This document shows, one piece after another, positions 1-8,961 of a stretch of 58,897 bases of DNA. Each line of letters starts with the position of its first letter. Within the stretch, counting starts at the first letter, position 1. This stretch comes from a virus (lineage: Duplodnaviria > Caudoviricetes): positions 1-58,897 of the IMG/VR virus record IMGVR_UViG_3300014962_000007. One strand, given 5' to 3'. Made by a program: the position numbers and the translations under genes. The notes below the pieces were generated by a model that saw only the letters and a program-made list of their open reading frames with translations, was not told where the DNA came from and did no database searches.

Positions 1-20
1 CACCCACGCCGCATCCTGCC

Positions 21-146
21 ATGACCGAACCGTTGGTTCGCGTCGCCCCCGGCGAGTTTGTGGAAGTCCCGACCATGCCAATCAGCATGTACGAACCCGA
101 GCCCAAGCCTACGCTGTGGGAACGCATCAAGCGGTTCTTCAAGTGA
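21..146 (+). CDS. small hypothetical protein (may extend beyond the window start)
   Basis: Hand-translated MTEPLVRVAPGEFVEVPTMPISMYEPEPKPTLWERIKRFFK*; frame is open to the window edge; amphipathic basic C-terminus. Confidence 0.5.
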   Translation: MTEPLVRVAPGEFVEVPTMPISMYEPEPKPTLWERIKRFFK

Positions 147-153
147 GAGCGGC

Positions 154-444
154 ATGGCGGCAACCCCTGAAGTCAAGGTCAAGCGGTGCGTCGTTGCGCA
201 ACTAAAGGCGCTCGGCGTGTATTTCTTCTACCCGGTAACGGGTGGCTACGGAGCCAGCGGTGTTCCTGACATCGTTGGTTGCTACAAGGGTAAGTTCTTT
301 GCCATCGAGTGCAAGGCTGGCAAGAACAAGCCCACCCCCCTACAACAAAAGAACATCGACTCCATTGCCGCTCAGGGGGGAGCGGTGTGGGTTGTCAACG
401 AAGAAAACATGGAAGGAGTAACAGCATGGCTACTCACACTGTAA
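154..444 (+). CDS. VRR-NUC domain nuclease
   Basis: TPEVKVK...GVPDIVGC..GKFFAIECKA..NKPTPLQ: PD-(D/E)XK pattern of stand-alone phage VRR-NUC proteins; ATG 154. Confidence 0.85.
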   Translation: MAATPEVKVKRCVVAQLKALGVYFFYPVTGGYGASGVPDIVGCYKGKFFAIECKAGKNKPTPLQQKNIDSIAAQGGAVWVVNEENMEGVTAWLLTL

Positions 445-456
445 TCCTGTACGGGC

Positions 457-930
457 ATGAGAAAGCGCAGTAAGTACCGTCCCAAGGGGATCATCATGAA
501 CCCCATTGCGTACGTGATGGAGAGCATGACCCCCGTGACCAAGCATGCCCAGTTTCTGATCGACCTCAAGATCAAGAATCACGGTGCCATGACTGCACTG
601 ACCACGGGCCAAGCTGCACGCCCTGACATCGACACACTCATAGCTATGGCCAACATTTGCGAGGCGCTGTATCGCATGGGCTTTGGGCGTGAGTACCAAG
701 ATGTTATCAAGCAAGGCTCTGATGCGCTGTATGCCGTTGGTCGGCGTGGCGCTGAGACGGGCCGGTTCATCCTCAAGGCCGAGGAGATGACCGCGCTGAA
801 CACACTGATGGAGTTGCATGACGCCCAGATGGATGTCATCACCATCAAAGACATGGAGAAGGCGTTCAAGATCGTGGACGAAGAATACAGACAACGCAAG
901 ATGCGGCCCATTGTGGAGAAACAGAAATGA
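457..930 (+). CDS. hypothetical phage protein
   Basis: 157-aa ORF in operon order, ATGA overlap with next gene. Confidence 0.75.
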   Translation: MRKRSKYRPKGIIMNPIAYVMESMTPVTKHAQFLIDLKIKNHGAMTALTTGQAARPDIDTLIAMANICEALYRMGFGREYQDVIKQGSDALYAVGRRGAETGRFILKAEEMTALNTLMELHDAQMDVITIKDMEKAFKIVDEEYRQRKMRPIVEKQK

Positions 931-1637
931 ATACAAAACAAACTGAGGCGCTTAAGCTGGCGTTGGAAGGCTTGGAAAAATGGCATTTTGACAAAGACCC
1001 AAGAGGCGCCGCCGATTACATCACTGCCATCCGCGAAGCACTGGCCGAGCCAGAACAGCAGCGTGAGGCTACCGATTTTGACATTGCACTTTGTGAGATG
1101 TCAGAGACGGAAGATGATCTTGCATCTACAGAAATATCAGAGGCATTCCGCAGCCAGCTTGAAAGAATTCGCCTAGATGTTGGGGTGTCTCCGTTTGTCA
1201 ACTTGACAGATGACATGATTAAGTGGGTGCTTTTAGCAAACAAACGGTCTCAGCCAGCACTACCACCTGAATGCAAGACAGACGCAGAAAAAACAGCGTT
1301 TGCGTTTGGTTGGTGGAAAGCGTTGGAAGAAAACCGAAAGCAGCCAGCACAGCAGCAAAACTTACAAGAACTTTGGCACAAGGTATGGCCTGATGCAGGC
1401 GCGGTTGTCCGAGCGTCTGCCGATGACCTTACGCAGTTTGCAAAAGCTATCTCTACATCCCCACCAGCAAGCAAGCCTTGGGTGGGGCTGACGGATGAGC
1501 AGGAATTGGGATTGTTCAAAAAATGGTTTCTTGCATCCTATGGAAAAGAGGCGAACATCCATTCGGATTTGAATGCTCTTGGGCGTTGGAACGCTTGGAA
1601 ATATAGAGCCGCCCACGGCATCAAGGGGGACGCATGA
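927..1637 (+). CDS. hypothetical mosaic phage protein
   Basis: 236 aa; EALKLALE...IREALAEPEQ and PWVGLTDE segments typical of variable phage accessory proteins; more AT-rich than neighbours. Confidence 0.7.
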   Translation: MNTKQTEALKLALEGLEKWHFDKDPRGAADYITAIREALAEPEQQREATDFDIALCEMSETEDDLASTEISEAFRSQLERIRLDVGVSPFVNLTDDMIKWVLLANKRSQPALPPECKTDAEKTAFAFGWWKALEENRKQPAQQQNLQELWHKVWPDAGAVVRASADDLTQFAKAISTSPPASKPWVGLTDEQELGLFKKWFLASYGKEANIHSDLNALGRWNAWKYRAAHGIKGDA

Positions 1638-1762
1638 AACAAATTTTTCGGGTGTTGATAATCGCCGCTGTGATTTTCACCGCAGCCTACGTTCAATGGT
1701 GGCGCTGTGGTGAGATGTTTCCTCACGCTCAACTCGCTTGTTTTATCGGGGGTGGAAAATGA
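1634..1762 (+). CDS. small membrane protein (42 aa)
   Basis: Hand-translated MKQIFRVLIIAAVIFTAAYVQWWRCGEMFPHAQLACFIGGGK*; ATGA overlaps at both ends; one hydrophobic helix. Confidence 0.65.
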   Translation: MKQIFRVLIIAAVIFTAAYVQWWRCGEMFPHAQLACFIGGGK

Positions 1763-1989
1763 ACATCACCATCTACACCAAATCCAACTGCCCCAACTGC
1801 GTCACCGCCAAGCAACTGATCAAGAGCAAGGGGTTGGAGTATGAGGAACAAGAACTGACGCCAGAGCGTATGAAGTATTTCCTCATGGATTACCCCGAAG
1901 CGCGCCAGATGCCGCAGATATTCATCGACGGCCAGCGAGTCGGCGGCTACGCCGGGTTGCAAGCCGCACTCAAACAGATGGGAAAGTGA
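1759..1989 (+). CDS. glutaredoxin
   Basis: IYTKSNCPNC active site and QMPQIFIDGQRVGGY signature; ATG 1759. Confidence 0.92.
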   Translation: MNITIYTKSNCPNCVTAKQLIKSKGLEYEEQELTPERMKYFLMDYPEARQMPQIFIDGQRVGGYAGLQAALKQMGK

Positions 1990-1990
1990 G

Positions 1991-2239
1991 ATGAACGAAC
2001 AAGATCGAGAACTTGACCTGACGGTCGCTGAATTAGAAACTGAAAACAGAATGATGAGAGCACGCAATGAACGACTCGAAAAAGAACTTGCCCAGTCACG
2101 GGCAGACTTGCACCGATTCCAAGCAGAAGTGGAACGCGTCCTTACCGTATCCAAGCTGGCCCTTTGGGACGGTGCCCCCCGCAGAACTCAAGAAGTGGGG
2201 CCGGTTGCACTGCGCCGAGATTGCAAAGACAACGATTGA
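1991..2239 (+). CDS. hypothetical coiled-coil protein
   Basis: ELETENRMMRARNERLEKEL heptads; starts 1 nt after glutaredoxin stop. Confidence 0.65.
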   Translation: MNEQDRELDLTVAELETENRMMRARNERLEKELAQSRADLHRFQAEVERVLTVSKLALWDGAPRRTQEVGPVALRRDCKDND

Positions 2240-2264
2240 CGACGCCGAAGAGGCACTTTTATAG
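2067..2264 (+). CDS. possible overlapping small protein
   Basis: 65 aa, ends ...WPFGTV...DDAEEALL at the SD of the next gene; overlaps 1991..2239 in another frame. Confidence 0.4.
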   Translation: MNDSKKNLPSHGQTCTDSKQKWNASLPYPSWPFGTVPPAELKKWGRLHCAEIAKTTIDDAEEALL

Positions 2265-2273
2265 GAGAACGTA

Positions 2274-2516
2274 ATGACAGATGTGACGAAAGCCGATGAC
2301 GTGCAGGTGGGCGGCTCCCACTACAAGGACATGAGCCCCCAGCCGTGGGACGTGATGAAGACACTGCTGACTCCCGAAGAGTGGCGCGGCTACCTGAAAG
2401 GAAACTGCATCAAGTACGCGATGCGCCAAGGCAAGAAGGACAGCCCCGACGCTGGCAAGTATTTCCACTACAAGCAAAAGCTGACCGAGGAAACCGGGGG
2501 TGAGACATGGATTTGA
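2274..2516 (+). CDS. DUF3310-family protein (T7 gp1.7-like putative nucleotide kinase)
   Basis: QVGGSHYK..QPWD....GYLKGNCIKYAMRQGKK pattern; SD AGGAG. Confidence 0.8.
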   Translation: MTDVTKADDVQVGGSHYKDMSPQPWDVMKTLLTPEEWRGYLKGNCIKYAMRQGKKDSPDAGKYFHYKQKLTEETGGETWI

Positions 2517-2543
2517 CACAACGTTATGTAGACTGTGTACAAT
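2513..2543 (+). promoter_or_regulatory. putative sigma70 promoter for the HNH gene (possibly leaderless mRNA)
   Basis: TTGACA (2513-2518), 19-bp spacer, TACAAT (2538-2543); ATG 7 nt after -10 with no SD. Confidence 0.45.
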
Positions 2544-2549
2544 AGCCCC

Positions 2550-3053
2550 ATGAGCGCAAAAAACACACCTGAGAATTTCTGGAGCAAGGTGCTCCGCAAG
2601 GAGCCGACCGACTGCTGGGAGTGGCAAGGCTCCACCACTAGTGGTGGGTACGGCAACTTGTCGTGGCATGGGCTCCGGGTGCAAGCGCATCGGGTCGCCT
2701 ACTTCCTGACGTTTGGGGGTATCGGCCTTGAGACCGGCTTTCGGCACGAAGGGAAAGCGAAATCCTACAAGCGGTTCGTCCTGCACAAGTGCGATAACCG
2801 GCTGTGCTGTAACCCGGAGCATCTGTTCCTTGGGTCGATGCGTGCCAACCAACTGGATGCGTACCAAAAAGGCCGCAAGCGACAGCCGCAGAGCAAGCAT
2901 GCAAACGCAAAGCTGACCCCTGCACAAGTGCGGGAAATCCGCAGACGGTACGACGCTGGTGAAGCAAAACAGGTTCCCCTGTCTCAAGAGTTCGGGGTGA
3001 GCCAACGAGTAATCAGCCTCATTGTGAGGCGCGAATCATATAAGGACGTTTGA
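2550..3053 (+). CDS. HNH homing endonuclease with C-terminal helix-turn-helix
   Basis: CWEWQG...GYG...AHRVAY...VLHKCDNRLCCNPEHLFLG...N; AKLTPAQVREIR...FGVSQRVISLI HTH. Confidence 0.9.
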   Translation: MSAKNTPENFWSKVLRKEPTDCWEWQGSTTSGGYGNLSWHGLRVQAHRVAYFLTFGGIGLETGFRHEGKAKSYKRFVLHKCDNRLCCNPEHLFLGSMRANQLDAYQKGRKRQPQSKHANAKLTPAQVREIRRRYDAGEAKQVPLSQEFGVSQRVISLIVRRESYKDV

Positions 3054-3054
3054 C

Positions 3055-4881
3055 ATGGATTTAATTACAATTGACATGGAGACCTACTATGATAGGGACT
3101 ATAGTCTTTCTAAACTCACGACCGAAGAATACGTGCGCAGTAACCTCTTTGAGGTTATCGGTGTGGGCGTGAAGGTTAACAACGGAGAAACGGAGTGGGC
3201 AAGTGGAACACATGAAGAACTCAAGCAATGGCTTCAGAAATCATTTAAGTGGTCGGACTCTTTTGTCTTGGCGCACAACACCCTTTTTGACGGGGCTATC
3301 CTGTCTTGGCGTTTCGGTGTTAATCCTCGGGGTTGGCTTGACACTCTGTGCATGGGCCGTGCCATTCACGGTGTGGAAGTTGGTGGTTCGCTCAAAGCTC
3401 TGGCTGAGCGGTATAACCTTGGGCAAAAAGGCACCGAAGTCCTCAACGCTATCGGTAAGCGACGACTGAACTTCAGCGAGGCCGACTTGGCTCGATACGG
3501 CGACTACTGCATCAACGATGTGGAGTTGACGTACAAGTTGTTTCAGCGCATGGCCCGAAAGTTCCCCAAGCAGGAACTGCGTGTGATTGACACGACCCTG
3601 CGCATGTTCATCGAGCCCATCCTCGAACTGGACAAGGACCTGCTGGAGGAACACCTGCGCACGGTGCAACTCAAGAAGGAAGACCTGCTGACCGCATGCG
3701 GTGTGGACAAGGACGACCTCATGAGCAACCTGAAGTTTGCCGAACTGCTCAAGTCGTTTGGGGTTGTGCCCCCTATGAAGATCAGCGCCACCACGGGCAA
3801 GTCCACGTACGCGTTCGCCAAGAACGACGAGGAGTTCAAGGCCTTGCTGGAGCATGACGACTACCGCGTGCAGGCTATCGTTGCCGCACGACTGGGTACG
3901 AAGTCAACGCTTGAGGAAACCCGCACCCAGCGGTTCATTGAGATTGCATCACGGGGCAACCTGCCGGTACCGATTCGCTACTACGCCGCGCACACTGGTC
4001 GGTTCGGTGGCGACGACAAGATCAACCTTCAGAACCTGCCCAGCCGTGGGGCCAACGCGAACCAACTCAAGAAGGCCATTGTCGCACCCAAGGGCTATGT
4101 GATCATCGACGCCGACTCGGCGCAGATCGAAGCTCGTGTGCTGGCGTGGTTGGCTGAGCAGAACGACGTGGTTGAGGCATTCGCTTTGGGCAAGGACGTG
4201 TACAAGAAGATGGCGAGCGCCATCTACGCCATCGCCGAAGAAGACGTCAACAAGGACCAGCGGTTCGTGGGTAAGACCACAATCCTCGGTGCCGGGTACG
4301 GCATGGGCGCAGTGAAGTTCCAAGCCCAACTCAAGACGTTCGGTGTTGAGGTGGACCTCGAAGAAGCCCGACGCATCATCGACATTTACCGTCGCACCAA
4401 TGACCGTATCTCGGCGCTGTGGCGTCAGGCTCAGAACATGCTGGTTAACATGGCACGGGGTGACGCGGCACTGCTCGGTCGTGCGGGCGTGCTTGAGGTG
4501 GTCCCGGAAGAACGCGCCATCCGGTTGCCGTCCGGCCTGCTGATGCGCTACGACGACCTGCGTATCGACCAGACCGACAACGGCATGGAGTTCAGCTACC
4601 AGACCCGCAAGGGCCGCACCCGTATCTACGGGGGCAAGGTCATCGAGAACGTGTGCCAAGCCATCGCACGGTGCATCATCGCCGAGCAGATGCTCAAGAT
4701 CAGCAAGCGGTACAAGGTGGTGCTGACCGTGCATGACGCCATCGCCGTGTGCGTGCGTGAATGTGACGCCGAGGAAGCGCAGAAGTACGTCGAGGAGTGC
4801 ATGCGCTGGGTGCCCGAGTGGGCCAAGGGTCTGCCAGTGAACTGTGAATCTGGAATGGGTAAAAGCTATGGTGACTGCTAA
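3055..4881 (+). CDS. DNA polymerase family A (3'-5' exonuclease + polymerase)
   Basis: Exo I IDMET, Exo II HNTLFD, Exo III YCINDV; motif A DSAQIEARVLAWL, motif B RFVGKTTILGAGYG, motif C TVHDAI. Confidence 0.95.
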   Translation: MDLITIDMETYYDRDYSLSKLTTEEYVRSNLFEVIGVGVKVNNGETEWASGTHEELKQWLQKSFKWSDSFVLAHNTLFDGAILSWRFGVNPRGWLDTLCMGRAIHGVEVGGSLKALAERYNLGQKGTEVLNAIGKRRLNFSEADLARYGDYCINDVELTYKLFQRMARKFPKQELRVIDTTLRMFIEPILELDKDLLEEHLRTVQLKKEDLLTACGVDKDDLMSNLKFAELLKSFGVVPPMKISATTGKSTYAFAKNDEEFKALLEHDDYRVQAIVAARLGTKSTLEETRTQRFIEIASRGNLPVPIRYYAAHTGRFGGDDKINLQNLPSRGANANQLKKAIVAPKGYVIIDADSAQIEARVLAWLAEQNDVVEAFALGKDVYKKMASAIYAIAEEDVNKDQRFVGKTTILGAGYGMGAVKFQAQLKTFGVEVDLEEARRIIDIYRRTNDRISALWRQAQNMLVNMARGDAALLGRAGVLEVVPEERAIRLPSGLLMRYDDLRIDQTDNGMEFSYQTRKGRTRIYGGKVIENVCQAIARCIIAEQMLKISKRYKVVLTVHDAIAVCVRECDAEEAQKYVEECMRWVPEWAKGLPVNCESGMGKSYGDC

Positions 4882-5545
4882 GATTCCCGCGTGGTCGTTC
4901 TCGTCCATCAAGACGTTCGACCAATGCCCCAAGAAGTTCTACCACCTCAAGGTCGCCAAGGACTTTCAGGAAGACCAGAACGCCGACCACCTGATCTACG
5001 GCACACGCTTTCACGAAGCCGCCGAGTTCTACATCCGTGACGGCACGCCTCTACCGCCCGAGTTCAACTACGCCAAGGCGTCGCTCGACAAGCTCAAAGC
5101 CATGGAGGGTGAGAAGCTATGCGAGTACGAGATGGGTCTGACCGAGAACCTTGAGCCGTGCGGGTTCAAAGACCCGGCGGTGTGGTGGCGTGGCATCGCC
5201 GACCTGATCATCTTACGGGGTGACACAGCGTTCGTGCTCGACTACAAGACCGGCAAGAGTGCCAAGTACGCAGACAAGGGCCAGCTTGAGTTGATGGCAC
5301 TGGCCGTGTTCAAGCACTTCCCGCAGGTCAAGCGCGTCAAGGCTGGCCTGTTGTTCGTCATTGCCAACGCCTTCCCCAAGGCCGAATACACCATCGACGA
5401 CGAGCCGAACCTCTGGCAGAAGTGGCTGACCGACTACGCCAAGATGAAGATGGCGTATGAGACCGGCGTGTGGAACCCCCGCACCTCGGGTCTTTGTAAG
5501 AAGCATTGTGTTGTGCTGGCGTGCCCACACAACGGGAGAGCGTGA
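4868..5545 (+). CDS. Cas4-like PD-(D/E)XK exonuclease
   Basis: WSFSSIKTFDQCPKKF, GTRFHE, RGIADL...LDYKTGK, QLELMA, C-terminal CKKHC....C (Fe-S-type Cys arrangement). Confidence 0.85.
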   Translation: MVTAKIPAWSFSSIKTFDQCPKKFYHLKVAKDFQEDQNADHLIYGTRFHEAAEFYIRDGTPLPPEFNYAKASLDKLKAMEGEKLCEYEMGLTENLEPCGFKDPAVWWRGIADLIILRGDTAFVLDYKTGKSAKYADKGQLELMALAVFKHFPQVKRVKAGLLFVIANAFPKAEYTIDDEPNLWQKWLTDYAKMKMAYETGVWNPRTSGLCKKHCVVLACPHNGRA

Positions 5546-5772
5546 TGAAGTTTCGTAAAAAGCCTGTCGTGATTGAAGCGACTCAGTGGTTCAAGGTGGG
5601 CGACCACCCTGCGGTGAGAACGGATTTCCTGTTTGAGGGGAAGCCGTACATCGAAACCCTTGAAGGCGACCATCTTGTCACCCCCGGTGACTGGATCATC
5701 ACTGGCGTGAAGGGTGAACACTATCCCTGCAAGCCTGACATCTTTGAGATGACTTATGAGGTGGCCGAATGA
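5545..5772 (+). CDS. conserved phage protein (KKPVVIEA...TLEG...PGDWII...YPCKPDIF family), function unknown
   Basis: Recognisable widespread phage sequence pattern; TGATG coupling with upstream gene. Confidence 0.8.
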   Translation: MKFRKKPVVIEATQWFKVGDHPAVRTDFLFEGKPYIETLEGDHLVTPGDWIITGVKGEHYPCKPDIFEMTYEVAE

Positions 5773-6041
5773 CTGAAGAAATCGTACCCGGCCAAGACAC
5801 CGCAACCCTCGCACTGATGATGGAACGGGAGGTGGACAAGCGCGTGATGCTTGCACTGAGCCGTGCCCTGAACCCCAGCAACAACTGGGAGGTGCGGGAG
5901 ATTGAGCGTGCCTACGACACCAACAACGTCGGGGACATCCAACGCATCGTGCGCAACATGTTCATTACCACGGTCATGTCAGACGGTTCGCTTATGAGTC
6001 AGGTAAAGAGTAAACTTGCGGAATCGTTGAACCGATATTGA
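5769..6041 (+). CDS. hypothetical protein
   Basis: 90-aa ORF, ATGA overlap, SD GAGG. Confidence 0.7.
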   Translation: MTEEIVPGQDTATLALMMEREVDKRVMLALSRALNPSNNWEVREIERAYDTNNVGDIQRIVRNMFITTVMSDGSLMSQVKSKLAESLNRY

Positions 6042-6050
6042 GGAGCCACC

Positions 6051-6536
6051 ATGCCTAAAGGTAAGCCCGAGCACGTTACGCGACGGTGCCCTACGTGCGG
6101 TGCCGAGTTTGTAGTGTTGAACAACTATCATAAGTATTGCTCCCGCGCATGCCGCCAACCTACACATTCTGATACTACTGAATGGCAGTATTCGCGGGTG
6201 AGCGGTAACTGGGTGAGGTATTTCAACCGCCTATGCACTCGTAGCTTCAAGCGCGAAGGGCTTACTCCTACCATGATGCTGGAACTCCTTACTGCTCAGG
6301 ATGGTAAGTGCGCCTTGTCGGGGGTCGAGTTGACCTGCCTCTTACAGAAGGGGGTTGTCAGTAAGACCAACGCCAGCATTGACCGGATTGACCCCAAAGG
6401 GGCATACTCGCTCGATAATGTGCAGTTGGTGTGTGCGGTGCTTAACAAGTTCCGAATCGACACCCCACTGGACGAGTTCATTGATTGGTGTAGAAAGGTG
6501 GCAGACCATGCCGTACAAAAACCCAAAGAAGGATAG
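6051..6536 (+). CDS. Zn-finger + HNH/EndoVII-like endonuclease
   Basis: CPTC...KYCSRAC N-terminal Zn finger; QDGKCALSG...SIDRIDPKGAYSLDNVQLVC...N; SD GAGGAG. Confidence 0.8.
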   Translation: MPKGKPEHVTRRCPTCGAEFVVLNNYHKYCSRACRQPTHSDTTEWQYSRVSGNWVRYFNRLCTRSFKREGLTPTMMLELLTAQDGKCALSGVELTCLLQKGVVSKTNASIDRIDPKGAYSLDNVQLVCAVLNKFRIDTPLDEFIDWCRKVADHAVQKPKEG

Positions 6537-6810
6537 AAACTACAAGCACGAATACCAGCTTCAAGTGGGGCGAGGTGAACTCGCTGACCGGATGGAGCGC
6601 CAACGTGCACGCCGAGCCATGGACAAAACCGGGGCCGACAAGAACGGCAACGGCAAGGCCGACAAGCGTGAGGGCAAGGACATCGACCACGTGAAGATGC
6701 TGTCCAAGGGCGGGTCAAACAAGACTGGCTTACGGCTCCAGACACCCGCCAAGAACCGTGCACGTAACGGCCACAGCGTGAAAGAACCGGGCGGGAAAAA
6801 ACCCGCTTGA
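6508..6810 (+). CDS. small HNH-like protein
   Basis: GKDIDHVKMLSKGGSN...NRARN; ATG 6508, SD AAGG. Confidence 0.7.
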   Translation: MPYKNPKKDRNYKHEYQLQVGRGELADRMERQRARRAMDKTGADKNGNGKADKREGKDIDHVKMLSKGGSNKTGLRLQTPAKNRARNGHSVKEPGGKKPA

Positions 6811-6835
6811 CTTCAGCCGGGCAACCGGCTACATT
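6807..6835 (+). promoter_or_regulatory. putative sigma70 promoter upstream of helicase
   Basis: TTGACT-17 bp-TACATT; spacer holds inverted repeat AGCCGG-GCAA-CCGGCT. Confidence 0.6.
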
Positions 6836-6841
6836 GATTCC

Positions 6842-6965
6842 ACTCCTCGCGGAGAGGGCGGTAGGTGAGCACTCCTAACCTGTTCACCGCCTGACAACCC
6901 GGAAAGACGGGTACTTCTCCGACTGAACGCACACCGCTTTCAGTCGGATGCGTCATGGAGAACTG
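6842..6965 (+). ncRNA. candidate structured 5' leader RNA of helicase
   Basis: Consecutive stems GGCGGT/ACCGCC (6857-6891), ACCCG-GAAAGA-CGGGT (6897-6912), TCCGACTGAA/TTCAGTCGGA (6918-6948), then SD GGAG. Confidence 0.4.
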
Positions 6966-8504
6966 ATGGAAATCATCGACAACAAGGCTTTACTGCTGAA
7001 GGTGCGCAACCCTCAGCAGATTACGACCGTCATCCCCAAGAGCAAGGAACTGCCGGGGAACAAGGTCGTTGTGCACTGGGGCTTGGACGAGGCCCAAGTG
7101 TTGCGCAACATGCGCATCAAGAACGTCCCCTCCCCCATCATGGGTCGCTACGACTGGCCCGGCCAGTACGCACCCTTCGACCACCAACGCACCACTGCGG
7201 CGTTCCTGACCATGAACCGGCGTGCGTTCTGCCTCAACGAGCAGGGCACCGGCAAGACCGGCTCAGTGATCTGGGCCGCTGACTACCTGATGAAGGCTGG
7301 CAAGGTCAAGCGCGTGCTGGTGATCTGCCCCCTGTCCATCATGGACTCAGCGTGGCGTGCTGACTTGTTCAAGTTCGCCATGCACCGCAACGTGGATATT
7401 GCCTACGGTGCCAAAGACAAGCGCCGTGCCGTGATCAACGGCCCCGCCGAGTTCGTGATCATCAACTTCGACGGGGTTGAGATTGTGGCTGATGACATCG
7501 CACGGGGTGGCTTTGATCTGATCGTGGTGGACGAGGCCAATGCGTACAAGAACGCCCAGACCAAACGCTGGAAGGTGCTCAACTCCCTGATCAAACACGA
7601 CACGTGGCTCTGGATGATGACCGGCACCCCCGCCGCACAGTCACCGCTCGACGCATACGGGCTGGCCAAGTTGGTCAACCCCAAGGGTGTGCCCTCGTAC
7701 TTCACCTCGTTCAAGGACATGGTGATGTACAAGATTTCCAACTACCGCTGGATTCCCAAAGAGACGGCTACCCAGACGGTGTTCAACGCACTGCAACCGG
7801 CCATCCGGTTCACCAAGGACGAGTGCCTTGACCTGCCCGAGATGACCTACGTCAAGCGCACGGTCGAACTCACCAAGCAACAGCAGAAGTATTACGACCT
7901 GCTCAAAAAGAGCATGATCATGCAAGCCGCAGGGGAAGAAATCACAGCGGTCAACGCCGCCGTGGCCATGTCCAAGCTCCTGCAAATTTCTTGTGGTGCG
8001 GTGTACTCCGACACGGGCGAGACGCTGGAGTTCGACATCAGCAAGCGGTACAGCGTGCTCACCGAGGTCATCGAGGAGTCCAGCCAGAAGGTGCTGATCT
8101 TCGTCCCGTTCAAGCACGTGATCGGCATCCTGTCCCAGAAGCTGACCGAGGACGGGTACACCAACGCCGTGATCAGCGGTGACGTCCCTGCTGGCAAGCG
8201 TGCCGACATCTTCCGGGAGTTCCAGAACAGCCCCGAGCCGAGGGTGCTGGTGATCCAGCCGCAGTCTGCCGCCCACGGTGTGACCCTGACAGCCGCCAAC
8301 ACGGTAGTCTGGTGGGGGCCAACGTCCAGCCTTGAGACCTACGCACAGGCCAACGCACGGGTGCACCGCTCCGGCCAACGCCACCCATCGACAGTCGTCC
8401 AGCTCGTCGGCTCCGGTGTGGAAAGACACGTTTACAACTTACTAGATAACAAAATCGACGTTCACTCAAAAATTGTCGATCTTTACAAAGATTTGCTTGC
8501 GTAA
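6966..8504 (+). CDS. SNF2-family (SF2) helicase
   Basis: EQGTGKT Walker A, VVDEA Walker B, MTGTP motif III, HGVTLT motif V, QANARVHRSGQ motif VI. Confidence 0.92.
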   Translation: MEIIDNKALLLKVRNPQQITTVIPKSKELPGNKVVVHWGLDEAQVLRNMRIKNVPSPIMGRYDWPGQYAPFDHQRTTAAFLTMNRRAFCLNEQGTGKTGSVIWAADYLMKAGKVKRVLVICPLSIMDSAWRADLFKFAMHRNVDIAYGAKDKRRAVINGPAEFVIINFDGVEIVADDIARGGFDLIVVDEANAYKNAQTKRWKVLNSLIKHDTWLWMMTGTPAAQSPLDAYGLAKLVNPKGVPSYFTSFKDMVMYKISNYRWIPKETATQTVFNALQPAIRFTKDECLDLPEMTYVKRTVELTKQQQKYYDLLKKSMIMQAAGEEITAVNAAVAMSKLLQISCGAVYSDTGETLEFDISKRYSVLTEVIEESSQKVLIFVPFKHVIGILSQKLTEDGYTNAVISGDVPAGKRADIFREFQNSPEPRVLVIQPQSAAHGVTLTAANTVVWWGPTSSLETYAQANARVHRSGQRHPSTVVQLVGSGVERHVYNLLDNKIDVHSKIVDLYKDLLA

Positions 8505-8525
8505 AGGATAAAACTACACTATACT
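8497..8525 (+). promoter_or_regulatory. putative sigma70 promoter
   Basis: TTGCGT-17 bp-TATACT ahead of the 8554 gene. Confidence 0.55.
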
Positions 8526-8553
8526 GAACACCCCAACAACGATGGAGAGCGCG

Positions 8554-8961
8554 ATGACCGAAGAAAGCAAACCCGCCGTACCAGTTGAGAAGCTGGTCAA
8601 GGTGTACCTCAAGATGAACGCCAAGCTGAGTGAGATTCAGGCCGCGTTCAACGCCGAGGAGAAAGCCCTCAAAGAGCAGATGGCCAAGGTGAAGGGTGCC
8701 CTGTTGACATACTGTAAGGAACAGAACGTAGAGTCGGTTCGCACCGAGGAAGGCCTGTTCTACCGTACTGTCAAGGTGAACTACTGGACGAACGATTGGG
8801 AGTCCATGCACAAGTTCATCATCGAGCACAACGCACCGCAACTGCTCCACGAACGCATCCACCAGACCAACCTCAAAGAGTTCATGGATGCACACCCTGA
8901 CTTGCTGCCCCCCGGCCTCAACGTGGACAGCGAATACACCCTTACCGTACGGAGAAAGTAA
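8554..8961 (+). CDS. conserved replication-module protein (coiled coil + beta domain)
   Basis: SD GGAG; helical N-terminus then VRTEEG..YRT...DW...PPGLNV. Confidence 0.75.
   Translation: MTEESKPAVPVEKLVKVYLKMNAKLSEIQAAFNAEEKALKEQMAKVKGALLTYCKEQNVESVRTEEGLFYRTVKVNYWTNDWESMHKFIIEHNAPQLLHERIHQTNLKEFMDAHPDLLPPGLNVDSEYTLTVRRK

Noticed and set aside
5545-5772. Known anti-defence nucleotide sponge
   Set aside because: Small conserved protein, but I cannot match it confidently to a named family (Tad/Acb) without a search.
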